A stretch of DNA of 63,760 bases, the filler included. It is 10 parts of 10 records of this genome, joined end to end, with 100 filler letters (N's around TTAATTAATTAA, not from the genome) between each part and the next. Parts side by side here need not be neighbours in the genome. Positions count along the whole stretch, not along the records: positions 24,367 to 31,356 come from SRR31156797_176129; positions 31,457 to 38,436 come from SRR31156797_176861; positions 38,537 to 43,761 come from SRR31156797_177940; 7 more parts are not named here. One strand, 5' to 3'. The notes beneath the pieces are model-generated. The model saw only the letters and a list, made by a program, of their open reading frames with translations, did not search any database and had not been told where the DNA came from. The position numbers were made by a program, and so were the translations under genes. Positions 28,288 through 39,856 of this stretch are shown here, piece after piece. Each line of letters starts with the position of its first letter. Within the stretch, counting starts at the first letter, position 1.

Positions 28288-29436
28288 ATGGCGACAAAAG
28301 TATTGGTGGTCGACGACGAATCCTTGATCCGATCGACATTGACCACACGCCTGGAAGAAACCGGATACGCCTGTGTCGAGGCTGAAAACGGCGAGGAGGC
28401 CTTGTCGGTCGTCAGAAGCGATCCGGACATCAACATCGTCCTGGCCGACATCAAAATGCCCCGTGTTTCCGGGCTGGAGATGGTTGAGAAACTGCGCCAG
28501 CACCCGTCGCGAAACGTCGAGGTCATCATCATGACCGGCGACGGCGGCGTCGACGAGGCAATCCGCGCACTGCGACTGGGCGCGACCGATTTCCTTCAGA
28601 AACCGTTTGAGTTCGAGCAACTTTGCGAATCTCTCGAAAAATGCCGCCGCCATGTTAAGGAACGGGTCGAGCAGGAACGCATCCGCCAGGAGCTCGAGCA
28701 TTCCGTCGAGATCAAAACCAACCGCGTTCGCGAACTGATCGACTACGTTGATTCGGCCCAGATCGAAACCGTGGCTTCCCTGGCCATCGCGGCCGAACAT
28801 CGTGACGACGATACCGGGGCTCATATTAAGCGAATCGGAGAATATTCGGCGCATATTGCGGGCCGCCTGAGATTGGCCAGCGAGGAAATCCTCCAAATCC
28901 GGTTCGCCGGGATGCTGCACGACGTCGGCAAGATCGGTGTCCCGGACAGCATTTTGTTGAAACCCGGAAAGCTGACGGACGAAGAAATCAGGATAATGCA
29001 GGCCCATACCGTGATTGGGCATCAGATAACCAGCCAGGCCCACAACCCGATTATGCGGCGATCGGCCGAAATCGCCCTTTCCCATCACGAACGCTGGGAC
29101 GGAAGCGGTTATCCAAATGGAATCAGTGGCGAGGAAATTCCGGTTGCGGCGAGAATCGTTGCCATTGCCGATGTTTATGACGCGCTTCGGTCGGAGCGCC
29201 CCTACAAGCCGTCCCTGACCCATGCCGAAACCCTGAGCATTATGATAGAGGGCGACGGCCGGACGGATCCGAAGCATTTCGACCCCGATATCCTTTATCT
29301 GTTTCAGAGGGAGGCCGATGCCTTTCAACGGATCTTTGCCGAAATGCCGAATCAGGGACCGGGAAAGCTGGTCGCGTCCCGTCCGGACGACGACGAGCCC
29401 GACGCATTCACGATGAAAAACAGAATTGCAAACTAA
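28288..29436 (+). CDS. Response regulator with HD-GYP c-di-GMP phosphodiesterase domain (RpfG-like)
   Basis: REC domain (VDD, DIKMP, KP); LHDVGK, HHERWDGSGYP and ADVYDAL. Confidence 0.93.
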   Translation: MATKVLVVDDESLIRSTLTTRLEETGYACVEAENGEEALSVVRSDPDINIVLADIKMPRVSGLEMVEKLRQHPSRNVEVIIMTGDGGVDEAIRALRLGATDFLQKPFEFEQLCESLEKCRRHVKERVEQERIRQELEHSVEIKTNRVRELIDYVDSAQIETVASLAIAAEHRDDDTGAHIKRIGEYSAHIAGRLRLASEEILQIRFAGMLHDVGKIGVPDSILLKPGKLTDEEIRIMQAHTVIGHQITSQAHNPIMRRSAEIALSHHERWDGSGYPNGISGEEIPVAARIVAIADVYDALRSERPYKPSLTHAETLSIMIEGDGRTDPKHFDPDILYLFQREADAFQRIFAEMPNQGPGKLVASRPDDDEPDAFTMKNRIAN

Positions 29437-29442
29437 GGTTTT

Positions 29443-31356
29443 TTGGAACTGATCCGGATTCCGAATCCATCAGTTGATCGGGGAAATTCATTGGCTGAAC
29501 AGCCTAAATCAACGGAATCAACAAGGGGCCGAACCGGCCCATCGGGGCGCCGGTCGACGAATGTCCGTTCGGCGCCGGATTCCAATCCGGGAAACACCTA
29601 CGGAAATGCCAACCCGGGAAACGCCGACGGGTTTCTATCGATCCTGAGGGAGCTGAAATCTCGTTTCAGCCGCCGAAAGGCTCATCCCCGCCTCTTGCAC
29701 CAAACCGAAACAATGGCACAGGCGCAAGGCGTCAACCTTTCGCCGACCCTCAGCGGCAGCGACAACCTGCTGCGCGCGGTCATCGAGAGCACACCGAACA
29801 ACATCTTTTGGAAAGATATAAACGGCGTATTTGTGGGATGTAATCGCAATTTCCTGAAGGCTCGCGGCTACAAGGATTTTGCCGACATCATCGGCAAGAC
29901 GACGGTCGAAATCACTCGCAACCCGGCTGAAGCCACGCCGGCGGTCAACGCCGACGCGAAGGTAATTGAAACCGGAATGCCGGTCCTGAACCTCGAAGAA
30001 CAGGTCCAATTGCCCGACGGTTCGACAAAGACCTTTATCGTCAACAAAGTCCCGCTGATGGATGCGGAAGGACAGGCCAGGGGACTGATCGGCATCTCCA
30101 CCGATATCACCGAGAGGAAGCTTGCGGAAGCGGACCTCACCGCGAGCGAACAAAGATTCCGCAACCTGATCGAAGGATCCATCCAGGGAATTCACATACA
30201 TCGGAATTTCCGTCCTATATTCGCCAACCAGGCCTGTGCCGACATATTCGGCTATGATTCGCCGGAAGACATCCTGGCCCTTCCGTCGACAATCGAACTG
30301 ATCGATCCACTGGATCGCGACTGCGCCGAGAACTTCGGCGTTGCCCGCTTGCGCGGGGAGGACGTCCCGAACCGTTACGAGATCCGAGGATTGAAGAAGG
30401 ACGGAAGCCTGATCTGGCTGGAACAACGTGCCCGAGTTGTCGAATGGGACGGGGCACAGGCAATTCAGATCGTCCAGGTCGACATTACCGAACGCAAGAA
30501 TCGGGAACAGGAACTGCTGTGCAGCGAGCGGCGCTACCGGGACCTGGTCGAAGGCTCAATCCAGGGTGTGTTCATTCACAAGGAATTCAGGCCGCTTTTC
30601 GCCAACCAAAGCGCCGCGAACATGTTCGGATACGACAATCCCGATGAGGTTTTGGCGTTGGATTCGGTCGTTCCCCTCATCGCGCTGGAGGATCGCGAAC
30701 GGGTTGCGGAATACGCGAAAAAGCGCCTGGCCGGAGAACACGTTCCCGATCACTACGAGATGCGGGCCGTTCGCAAGGATGGTTCCGTGTTCTGGGTCGA
30801 ACACCGCGTTCGCATCGTCGAATGGGAAGGCGAGCAGGCCGTCCAATTGACGATTGTCGATATTTCGGAGCGGAAACAAAGCGAAGCCGCGTTGATCGAG
30901 GCGCACAACACACTCGAACAAAAGGTCGAAGACCGCACCAAAGCTCTTACGGACGAAATCGCCGAACGCAAGGCGGCCGAAGCGAAACATCGCGCCAGCG
31001 AGGAAAAATACCGGCAGCTCGTCGATTGCATGCTTGACGGTGTTTTCCTGGCCCAGGACGACAAGTTTATTTTCGTCAACGATGGTTTCGCCCGCATGAT
31101 CGGTTATTCGGTCGAAGAGATGACCAATCAGCCGGCAATCAAATTCGTTGCCGAAGAAGACCGAAAGAAAGTCCTGGAACGCCATCGCAAACGCGTGGCC
31201 GGGAAGAAGGTCGTTTCCTCCTACGAATTCAATCTTTTGAAGAAGGATGGCGTAACAACGGTTCCGGTCCTGATGAACGTCGCGCGGATTTCGACACCGG
31301 ACGACAGACCGGCCTCGCTTGGGACGCTGAAGGATATTTCCGATCTCAAACACGCC
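29443..31356 (+). CDS. Multi-PAS sensor protein, probably a histidine kinase, 3'-truncated
   Basis: Four PAS/PAC units ending in DITERK/DISERK. PAS2 and PAS3 are tandem duplicates. Coiled coil LEQKVEDRT. The start codon is uncertain. Confidence 0.85.
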
Positions 31357-31456
31357 NNNNNNNNNNNNNNNNNNNNNNNNNNNNNNNNNNNNNNNNNNNN
31401 TTAATTAATTAANNNNNNNNNNNNNNNNNNNNNNNNNNNNNNNNNNNNNNNNNNNN
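31357..31456. other. Artificial contig spacer
   Basis: N44-TTAATTAATTAA-N44. Confidence 0.99.
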
Positions 31457-32000
<544 letters not shown>

Positions 32001-32005
32001 TAAGT

Positions 32006-32144
32006 AGGGGACGCCCATTAAATTATAAATTTCGATACCGTATGGGCGTCCCCTCCCTTAAAAGGCCCTGCGGACCTCGAAATGATATAATTTCAAGGGC
32101 GTCCCCCCTTCTGCCGGGGAATCTTATATTTTTATGGGCGTCCC
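32006..32144. repeat. GGGACGCCC(AT) palindromic repeat cluster
   Basis: AGGGGACGCCCAT/ATGGGCGTCCCCT hairpin plus two more GGGCGTCCC copies. Confidence 0.75.
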
Positions 32145-32162
32145 CCCCTATTGGAGGTATCC

Positions 32163-32456
32163 ATGATTAAGCATATCGTAATGTGGAAGCTTGTCGAGTC
32201 CGACGACAAAGAGGATAACCTGAACAAGATGAAGTCCCTTTTGGAGGGGCTTGTGGGAGAAATCGATGAAATCGTAAAATTGGAGGTGGCCATCCACCCC
32301 ATCTCATCGCCCGAACCGCTGGATATCGTCCTCTATACCGAGTTCAACAGCTTCGACGATCTCGAAGCCTACGCGACCCATCCGAAGCATCTGAAAGTAG
32401 TGGAATTCATAAAATCGGTCTGCGACACCCGGTCAGCCATTGATTACGAAGTGTAG
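32163..32456 (+). CDS. Dabb-family stress-responsive A/B barrel protein
   Basis: MIKHIVMWKL...YATHPKH...DYE; RBS GGAGG. Confidence 0.9.
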   Translation: MIKHIVMWKLVESDDKEDNLNKMKSLLEGLVGEIDEIVKLEVAIHPISSPEPLDIVLYTEFNSFDDLEAYATHPKHLKVVEFIKSVCDTRSAIDYEV

Positions 32457-32471
32457 CAGATAAGAAAGTTA

Positions 32472-32515
32472 GGGACGCCCATAAAATTATAACTTTCTCG
32501 AAGTGCGGGCGTCCC
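32472..32515. repeat. Second GGGACGCCC hairpin unit
   Basis: GGGACGCCCATAAAATTATAA...GGGCGTCCC, a direct copy of the 32008 unit. Confidence 0.75.
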
Positions 32516-32544
32516 ACCCTGATGGTACGGCAGGTGTTGGAATC

Positions 32545-33525
32545 TTACAATTTTAAGGACGTTTGCCGTCCCCGACGGCTGTGGAACCTGGCCTCACCGG
32601 CTTCCAGCTGGCCCAGGATCTCAAGATAGGTTTTGTAACGTTCTTCCGGAATGCTCCCGTTTTCGACCAGTTCGGCCACGGCACATCCCGGTTCGGTGCG
32701 ATGGCGGCAATCCCTGAACCGGCAGGCGCTCTCCATGGCCTGCTCAAACCCGGGAAAATGCCCGGCAAGGTCATCCGGGGAAATATCCACCAGGCCGAAA
32801 TCGTTGAAACCGGGGGTATCCACGAGTTCGCCGCCGCCCGGAAGCGGATGGAGGGTGGAAACAGTGGTGGTATTGCATCCCCTGTTACCCGCCTCATAGA
32901 GCTCCCCGACCCTGAGGTCCAGTGTCGGACAGATGGCATTGAGCAGGGAGCTTTTGCCGACCCCGGTGGTGCCCACGAAAAAACTCCGGTATCCCTGTTC
33001 CCCCAGAAAGGACTCCAGGGCATCGAGGCCCTCTCCTGTGACCGCACTGAGGACAAAAACATCCAAGGTGCCGGTATAGGTGGCAAGATATTCCTCAATA
33101 AACGATTTCGAGTCTTCAAGATCACACTTGTTGATCACCAGCACAGGCCTCAGGTCCGCCTCCCTGGCGGCAACGATGGCCTGGTCGACATACCCGAAAG
33201 GAGGGGAAGGCAGCGATGCCACCACGACACCAAGAACATCCAGGTTCGCCCCGACCATGCGGACACTGCCCCTGGCATCCCTTCTGCGAAGCTCGGTTTT
33301 GCGCGGCAGCCGCGTAAGCCGTTCATCCCGCACAATCACATCGTCACCGACCACATGACCGGATCGCCGTTTCACCCGCACCACCTGCTTCTCTCCCGAT
33401 TCGAACAAAACATGCACCGCAACACCGTGGTGGGCGACGATCACGCCCTTCCTGCCAGGGACTGAAGCGGAATCGGCAAATTTCTTTTTCCTGTGTCCGC
33501 CGGCAGCCTTTTTCTTTTTTTTCAA
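32545..33525 (-). CDS. rsgA: Ribosome small subunit-dependent GTPase A
   Basis: NKCD, GTTGVGKSSL, DTPG and CRFRDCRH..EPGC zinc finger; TTG start inferred. Confidence 0.92.
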   Translation of the reverse strand: MKKKKKAAGGHRKKKFADSASVPGRKGVIVAHHGVAVHVLFESGEKQVVRVKRRSGHVVGDDVIVRDERLTRLPRKTELRRRDARGSVRMVGANLDVLGVVVASLPSPPFGYVDQAIVAAREADLRPVLVINKCDLEDSKSFIEEYLATYTGTLDVFVLSAVTGEGLDALESFLGEQGYRSFFVGTTGVGKSSLLNAICPTLDLRVGELYEAGNRGCNTTTVSTLHPLPGGGELVDTPGFNDFGLVDISPDDLAGHFPGFEQAMESACRFRDCRHRTEPGCAVAELVENGSIPEERYKTYLEILGQLEAGEARFHSRRGRQTSLKL

Positions 33526-33763
33526 ACGCAGAATCTCCGTCCAGATACAGTTATGGGCCCGGAGCAACACCTCCCGGCACCCACAAGCATCTCGTTATTC
33601 ATTCTCTCTTTCTTTATCGTATAATTTCAGGACACTTATCTTTAAGCACGCTGATTTTCACAATTTTATATTTCGATTGACTTTTATACCACACCCTGCA
33701 CCGCGAATGCCATGAAAGGTTGTTATTTTTTTTCCATGGGTCCATCACCCGTGGAACCAAGCT

Positions 33764-33946
33764 TCATCCTCCCCAATCCAATTTATACCCGATATCGAAT
33801 ATTTCATGGCAGGAGGGACAGATAAACAGCCATTTCACCTTGTCCTTGTCTTGTTTCAGCATGGTATGAAATCCGTCCTTGTATCCGCATATGGGACAGA
33901 CCCTGAATTCGCCTTCAAATGCCACATAATTGATTTTATCCGCCAT
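33764..33946 (-). CDS. Small zinc-ribbon protein
   Basis: CPICG and CPSCH motifs; RBS GGAGGAG. Confidence 0.75.
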   Translation of the reverse strand: MADKINYVAFEGEFRVCPICGYKDGFHTMLKQDKDKVKWLFICPSCHEIFDIGYKLDWGG

Positions 33947-34015
33947 ATCATCTCCTCCCGATGAAATTCGCTATAAAAATAAGGGACAGTGAACCCATCA
34001 TATCCCTGTCAAAGG

Positions 34016-34717
34016 TCAGACGCTGCTGCCGAACGTCTCCATCATCTTCTGCTGAACCCCCAAGGCGACCTTTTCCCTGTCGTGGCCTCCCCGGAGTCGC
34101 TCCCCCAAAAGTTTACCGGCCTCCACGGCCGCCTGCATCACGTCGGGCTGTTTACCGACGTCCGGAATCATGTCATCGGTAATCTTGACGCCTTCACCAT
34201 GGAGCATGAACGGAATGCCAACCTTGCAGCTCTCACCATACCCGCAGGAATAACAGGAGGCAGCCCCCTGGCCCGACACCTTTGCAACGGTTTCAATGAA
34301 GTTGTACATCATGAATCCCTCAATGGCGTCCGCGGGGAACTGCCCCGTGGTTCCGCCGACACCCACTGAAACGGCAAGCTTCCCCCAAAGAATATTCCCC
34401 TCCTGGTGCCTGAACTGGAAAAAGCGCTCCAGAAAGGCGTGGGTGCCAGCATTGAGGGTGGAGTAGTAATTGGGAGCTCCGATAACATAGGCGTCGGCTT
34501 CTACAATGAGATCACGCAGGTCCGCAAGATCATCCTTTACCTTGCATACGTTGTCCTCGACACACCCAAGGCAGGCAATACATCCCCCGATCTTCTTTTT
34601 CCCCAGGGATATGAGTTCATAGGCGATCCCCGTGTTTTCAAGAACCGTCCTGACCAAGGTATGGACACCTGAGACGCCCTCTTTCCGGGCACTTCCTGAA
34701 ATGCCAAGTATTTTCAT
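34016..34717 (-). CDS. Flavodoxin family / iron-sulfur flavoprotein
   Basis: ISGSAR, CIACLGC...C and GAPNYY; an extra CYSCGYGESC motif. Confidence 0.88.
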   Translation of the reverse strand: MKILGISGSARKEGVSGVHTLVRTVLENTGIAYELISLGKKKIGGCIACLGCVEDNVCKVKDDLADLRDLIVEADAYVIGAPNYYSTLNAGTHAFLERFFQFRHQEGNILWGKLAVSVGVGGTTGQFPADAIEGFMMYNFIETVAKVSGQGAASCYSCGYGESCKVGIPFMLHGEGVKITDDMIPDVGKQPDVMQAAVEAGKLLGERLRGGHDREKVALGVQQKMMETFGSSV

Positions 34718-34726
34718 CCCATCCTC

Positions 34727-35536
34727 CTATTTTTGTGGAACGTCTATGAAGCGGATCATTTCCTTGAGAACCCTTTCCCTTGCCTGATGGTGGGGCACGT
34801 GCCTGCAATCCCCTATGACTACAGGCTCTACCGGGCCGGATACCCGGCTTGCAATGCCCTCCACCTGGGCAAGGGTGGCATACTCATCCTCCCGGCCCTG
34901 GATTACCATGAGAGGACAGGTAATGCCTGACAGGCAGGCTTCCACATTCCAGTCCCGGAAAGCTGGATCCAGCCACCGGTTTGCCCACCGCCAGAAAACA
35001 ACATCGGTTTTATCACCATGGTACCTGGCGAGCTTATCCTTCAAGCCGCTGCTTTCATATACGTTTACGGCTTCCCTGATGCCTTTGAGGGTAACATCTT
35101 CGATAAAGATGTGGGCAGCCTCCGTGATGACCCCCTTTAACCTGTCGGAATGCCTGGCCGCATAGAGAAGGGCGATGGTGCCGCCGTCACTGTGCCCGAT
35201 CAAAACGGGATTGGTCACATTGCACCCGTGGAGGACCCCCTGGAGAATCTCGGTTTCCTCTTCAAGGTAATCCATGGGCCATTCTTCGGAATTGTGACCA
35301 GACTGTCCATACCCCCGCCGTTCATACAAGAAACCGGGACAGCCGGTTTCGGCACACAGACTGGACGGAAAGCTTCCCCACTGGCGAATACTGCCAAGGC
35401 CCTCATGGAGGAACACCAGGGTGGGCCTGTCATTCACCCCGGTTGCCGATTCGATTTCAAGCCGTTCGGCCCTGAACCTGTAATCAGCCAGATAGATGTC
35501 GAAGCTCTTTTTTGTAACTGCGATTGAAGTATCCAA
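34727..35536 (-). CDS. Alpha/beta hydrolase
   Basis: LHEGLGS, GHSDGG, QGREDEY and HVPH. Confidence 0.9.
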   Translation of the reverse strand: MDTSIAVTKKSFDIYLADYRFRAERLEIESATGVNDRPTLVFLHEGLGSIRQWGSFPSSLCAETGCPGFLYERRGYGQSGHNSEEWPMDYLEEETEILQGVLHGCNVTNPVLIGHSDGGTIALLYAARHSDRLKGVITEAAHIFIEDVTLKGIREAVNVYESSGLKDKLARYHGDKTDVVFWRWANRWLDPAFRDWNVEACLSGITCPLMVIQGREDEYATLAQVEGIASRVSGPVEPVVIGDCRHVPHHQARERVLKEMIRFIDVPQK

Positions 35537-35537
35537 A

Positions 35538-38138
35538 TCATATCTCCCCACGACCAAACGTGTTTGAAAGAAGCGTGACAGGTTTCGTGTTCATGACCTT
35601 CCGGGAGGCCGTATACGCCGTGGCCATGCAGATCCCCGTGGTCAGCAGGATAATCACAAGGGCTCCCCATGGGTCAAAGGCCCAGAGGCTGTCAAAAAAA
35701 TACCAGGCAACCGCCCAGGAAAACCCCAGGCTCAACAGCACCCCAAACAAAGCGGCGGTAAATCCGATAAATCCGAACTCCAGGAGGGTGATCCCCTGGA
35801 TCGCATGATAATCCGCACCCAGCACCTTTAGCAGGTTGACCTGGGTTTCGTTTTTCCAGGCCCCATGGCGGGCAATGAAAAAAATGGACACAAGACCGGC
35901 GGCAATGGCCAGCCAGGCCATGAACCGGATGGACAGGGAGAGCCGGTCGGTGATGGTCAGCAGGGTTGCGGCCATCCGGGTCACATCAATGACCGAGATG
36001 TTGGGGAATGCCCTTACAATGGCGTTTTTCAACTTCTGCCGCGCCTCCCCGGGCACCTGGGACACGGCGGCAAGAAAGGTCTTGGGGGCATCATTCAGCA
36101 CCCCGTCCTGAAAAAGCATGAAAAAATTGGGCTGAAAGCTGTTCCACCGGACCTTGCGCAGGTTCACCACCCTGCCCTCCAACGGAATGCCCTGGACGTC
36201 AAACCCCATAATATCCCCCAGGCCCAGGCCATACCGTTCGGCAAAGGACTTTTCAACGGAGATCTCAAACGGGGTTCCCGACTCAAAATCCCACGGAATA
36301 TCGGACAGGGCCCGTCCCTGGACGATGGTTTCCGAATCATCCAGGACCCTGCGATGGGAAAAATTAAACTCCAATCTTCTTCCCCGGCCCCGGCCCCCCT
36401 GCCCGCCCCCCCGGGAGCGGACTTCACCATAAAAGGGTCTTTGGTTCACCGTCAGAATCCGTCCCCTGACCATGGGAGAGAGATTGGTGAGAACAGCCTC
36501 CCGCTCCGCCATGAATTCAATCAAGGGATTCTTTTGTTCCTCCTGGATATCCACCAGGAAGAACACGGGGATTTTCAGGCCTTCCGGCCGCATGATCTCG
36601 GTTTCCAGCCCCTTCTGGATCCGGGGAATCATGGAAATCAGGAACGCACCCATGGCAATGGTGACAAAGCAGGACAGGGAAGCCCACTTGTTCCGAAAGA
36701 GGTTCCGGAACGCGATCTTCCCCACCAGATTCCGGGTGGCGGACAGGTACGCGCAGCCGGAAAAGACAAGCCAGCCCATGCCGCCCAGAAACGCCAAGGC
36801 CAGGATAAACCCGGCCACAAACACCATCCCGTTCCGGACGGAAACGGCCACCATCACCGATATCAGTGAAAAAGCGGCAAGGCCGGGCAGAAAACTGATT
36901 CCCTGTCCCAGCACACGCCCCAACCTTCTTTTGCGCGGCTCCCGGTCCCGAGAGCGGCCCCCCCTGAGGAGTATCAGGGGCTTCATCCCAAAGAGTCTCA
37001 CAAAAACCGGCAGACAGAACACCAGGCTCCCGGCCATGCCCATGGCCACGGCCAGGCCAACGGTGGCAGGGTCCATGTCAAGACGGACATGGGAGGCAAT
37101 CAGCCCCTTAAAGATAAAGGGAAACACCGGCACCAGGAACAGGGAGATGACAACCGCCAGCACCGCCGCCAGGGTGCCCAGCACAACAAGCTGACAGCTG
37201 ACATAAAGCCAGATCTCCCGCCGTATGGCGCCGATGCTCATCAAAACCGCCATCTCCCGTTGTTTCAGGTTCAAATACCCCCGGAACAGGTAGGCCGTGG
37301 CAATGCCCGCCAGGAACAGGGCCACAACGCTCACCAGCCCCATGTACCCGGTAAAATAACGGGTCACCCGGCCCAGCCGCCGGTTGACATCCCTGCTGTC
37401 ATACACATTGATCCGGGGCTGTCCCCGGTGGTGTTCAAAAAATGCCCGGCGAAGGGTTGCGGCCAACGCGGGAACATCCGCCCCCTGACCCAACCGGTAA
37501 TAGTGATAATACCGGATACGGCTCCCGAACCGGATCAGCCCGGTTCCCTCCAGCTGCCCGATCCCCATGTAAATCTTCGGGGCCAGCTCCACAGCGGTCA
37601 AAGACCTGTCCGGGTCCTGCCGGAAAAAATCAAGGACATGGAAAGTTTTGCTCCCCAGCACCAGGGGCATTTTTGCGTCAGCGCCAGCGTCCATCCCCAT
37701 CCCCAGGGCATGGGCCGTATCCCGGGTCAGGAGCATGCCGGACCGATCCTGGAGTTCCTGTTTTCCCCCCCTGCCCTCCAACAAAAACGCGCCGTACAGG
37801 GGATACCGGTCATCAATGGCCATCACCCGTATCAGCCGGGCTTTCTCCCCCGCCCTGACCATGGTGTAAAAACTGATGAGCCGGGCACGGGCCTTGTCCG
37901 GCCCCAGCACCCGGTCCGCCAAGGCCAGTTCCCCCGGGGTCAGGTCCCTGTTGGCGGTCAATACCAGGTCTGCCGTCAATATCTCTTTCAGGTTTTCATC
38001 CAGATGGCGGTTCAGGGAACGGCCGAATGCCTGGATGGCAATGAACCCGGCCAGGCCAATGGAGAGGTTCAGGACAAAGAACAGGGAGAACCCCTTGTTC
38101 TTAAACAGTTCACTCAACCCCAGGCGTATCCAGAGCAT
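35538..38138 (-). CDS. ABC transporter FtsX-like permease (YbbP-like)
   Basis: Two FtsX-type halves; LVDIQ..Q, PMVRGR and RKVRWNSFQPNFF. Confidence 0.88.
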   Translation of the reverse strand: MLWIRLGLSELFKNKGFSLFFVLNLSIGLAGFIAIQAFGRSLNRHLDENLKEILTADLVLTANRDLTPGELALADRVLGPDKARARLISFYTMVRAGEKARLIRVMAIDDRYPLYGAFLLEGRGGKQELQDRSGMLLTRDTAHALGMGMDAGADAKMPLVLGSKTFHVLDFFRQDPDRSLTAVELAPKIYMGIGQLEGTGLIRFGSRIRYYHYYRLGQGADVPALAATLRRAFFEHHRGQPRINVYDSRDVNRRLGRVTRYFTGYMGLVSVVALFLAGIATAYLFRGYLNLKQREMAVLMSIGAIRREIWLYVSCQLVVLGTLAAVLAVVISLFLVPVFPFIFKGLIASHVRLDMDPATVGLAVAMGMAGSLVFCLPVFVRLFGMKPLILLRGGRSRDREPRKRRLGRVLGQGISFLPGLAAFSLISVMVAVSVRNGMVFVAGFILALAFLGGMGWLVFSGCAYLSATRNLVGKIAFRNLFRNKWASLSCFVTIAMGAFLISMIPRIQKGLETEIMRPEGLKIPVFFLVDIQEEQKNPLIEFMAEREAVLTNLSPMVRGRILTVNQRPFYGEVRSRGGGQGGRGRGRRLEFNFSHRRVLDDSETIVQGRALSDIPWDFESGTPFEISVEKSFAERYGLGLGDIMGFDVQGIPLEGRVVNLRKVRWNSFQPNFFMLFQDGVLNDAPKTFLAAVSQVPGEARQKLKNAIVRAFPNISVIDVTRMAATLLTITDRLSLSIRFMAWLAIAAGLVSIFFIARHGAWKNETQVNLLKVLGADYHAIQGITLLEFGFIGFTAALFGVLLSLGFSWAVAWYFFDSLWAFDPWGALVIILLTTGICMATAYTASRKVMNTKPVTLLSNTFGRGEI

Positions 38139-38436
38139 CAGACCAGCCGCCCCCGTTCAAGTTTCCGGATCTTCCGGCATTGACCGGCAAGCCCGGGGTT
38201 ATGGGTCACCAGGATCAGGCTTTTCTTTTCCGTTTCCACCAGGTCAAACAACAGCCGGGCAACGATTTCCCCGGTCTCCACATCCAGGTTGCCCGTGGGC
38301 TCGTCCGCCAGAAGCAGGGCCGGTTTGATGATCAACGCTCTGGCAATGGCCACCCGCTGGCACTCCCCGCCGCTCAGCTGCCCGGGCAGGTGATGCTGCC
38401 GGTCTTCCAGCCCCACCTTTTCCAGCATGGCATCGG
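38138..38436 (-). CDS. ABC transporter ATP-binding protein, C-terminal fragment
   Basis: [25 protein letters not shown] and VTH. Confidence 0.92.
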
Positions 38437-38536
38437 NNNNNNNNNNNNNNNNNNNNNNNNNNNNNNNNNNNNNNNNNNNNTTAATTAATTAANNNNNNNN
38501 NNNNNNNNNNNNNNNNNNNNNNNNNNNNNNNNNNNN
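38437..38536. other. Artificial contig spacer
   Basis: N44-TTAATTAATTAA-N44. Confidence 0.99.
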
Positions 38537-38555
38537 CCCTTTTGATGTAAACACT

Positions 38556-39845
38556 CTAATCAATAAACCTGGGCAGGAAGGTGACCAGGTCGGGAAAGAA
38601 GACAAAAAGAATTATTACGCCGATAATGGGCAGAAAAAACGGGAGAATACTTTTGACAACTTTTTCGAAACTTGTATCCGTGATTCCGACCAGAATATAA
38701 AGAACATTGCCGAAGGGCGGTGTAATGACGCCGACAGACAATGAAATAACCATGATGACTCCGAAATAGAGCGGGTCGATTCCGAGTATTTTTACCATGG
38801 GGGCCATGACCGGGGTGAAAATCAGGACGGCTTCTATCACTGACATGAAACATCCGATGAGCAGAAAAAAACCGACCATGAGCAGCATGAGCACTGTTTG
38901 ATTCGTACTGATTTGGGTCACGGCCTCGGCCAGGTGCAAGGGTATCTGGAGGCGGACCAGAAGCCATCCATACAGGACGCTCATGGATATAATAAACAGA
39001 ATAATGGCGGTGAATTCAATAGTGTTGTAAAAAACGTCTTTCAAGTCCTTGATGGTCAGGTCCCGGTAAATGAAAAGTCCCAGCACTATGGCATAGGCCG
39101 AGGCCACTGCTCCGGATTCAGTAGGCGTGAAAACGCCGGACCAGATGCCGCCGACTATTATAAGGGGGGTGAGCAAAGCCAGGGAGGCGCTGCGAGAAAG
39201 ACTGACCACTTCTCTGAAGGGTCGTCGCGGTTCCACCGGAAGATTAAGCCGGAAAGACATAATCCAGGTCATTAGCATCAGGCTGGCTCCGAACAAAACG
39301 CCGGGCACGACCCCGGCAATGAACAGTTTGCCCACGCTCACATCCCCCAACCAGCCGTAAATAACCATGGCCACGCTGGGCGGTATAATCGGACCTATAA
39401 CAGAGGAAGCCCCGGTAATCCCGGTGCTGTAAGACATGGGATAGTCGCGGTCGCGCATGGCCCTTATTTCCAAGGCCCCCAGTCCGGCCGCATCCGCGGC
39501 CGCGGTTCCGGACATGCCGGCGAATATCATGCTGGCGATTACGTTGACGTGCCCCAGACCGCCTCTGAAATGGCCGACCACGGAATTGGCCAGATTGAAT
39601 ATGCGGGGGGTGACGCTGCCCTTGTTCATGACATTGGCGGCCAGGATGAAAAAAGGTATGGCCAGCATTGGGAAGCTGTTGATGCCGTGCATCATTTTCA
39701 AGGGGAAAAGGGTCAGGGGGATAGCTCCGAAATCCTTGATTATCCATAAAACGGCCATACAGGTTAGTCCAATGGATATGCCGACCGGAAAGGCCATTAA
39801 AAATAGAACGACCAACAAGCCGACGAATATGATTAGTATGCTCAT
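38556..39845 (-). CDS. dctM: TRAP transporter large permease
   Basis: LAIPFFILA, GMSGTAAADAA, IIPPS, FTPTESG and ITPPFG. Confidence 0.93.
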   Translation of the reverse strand: MSILIIFVGLLVVLFLMAFPVGISIGLTCMAVLWIIKDFGAIPLTLFPLKMMHGINSFPMLAIPFFILAANVMNKGSVTPRIFNLANSVVGHFRGGLGHVNVIASMIFAGMSGTAAADAAGLGALEIRAMRDRDYPMSYSTGITGASSVIGPIIPPSVAMVIYGWLGDVSVGKLFIAGVVPGVLFGASLMLMTWIMSFRLNLPVEPRRPFREVVSLSRSASLALLTPLIIVGGIWSGVFTPTESGAVASAYAIVLGLFIYRDLTIKDLKDVFYNTIEFTAIILFIISMSVLYGWLLVRLQIPLHLAEAVTQISTNQTVLMLLMVGFFLLIGCFMSVIEAVLIFTPVMAPMVKILGIDPLYFGVIMVISLSVGVITPPFGNVLYILVGITDTSFEKVVKSILPFFLPIIGVIILFVFFPDLVTFLPRFID

Positions 39846-39856
39846 TTTTTTATACC

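Noticed and set aside
30140-30880. Direct repeat inside the sensor gene
   Set aside because: An ordinary tandem PAS-domain duplication.
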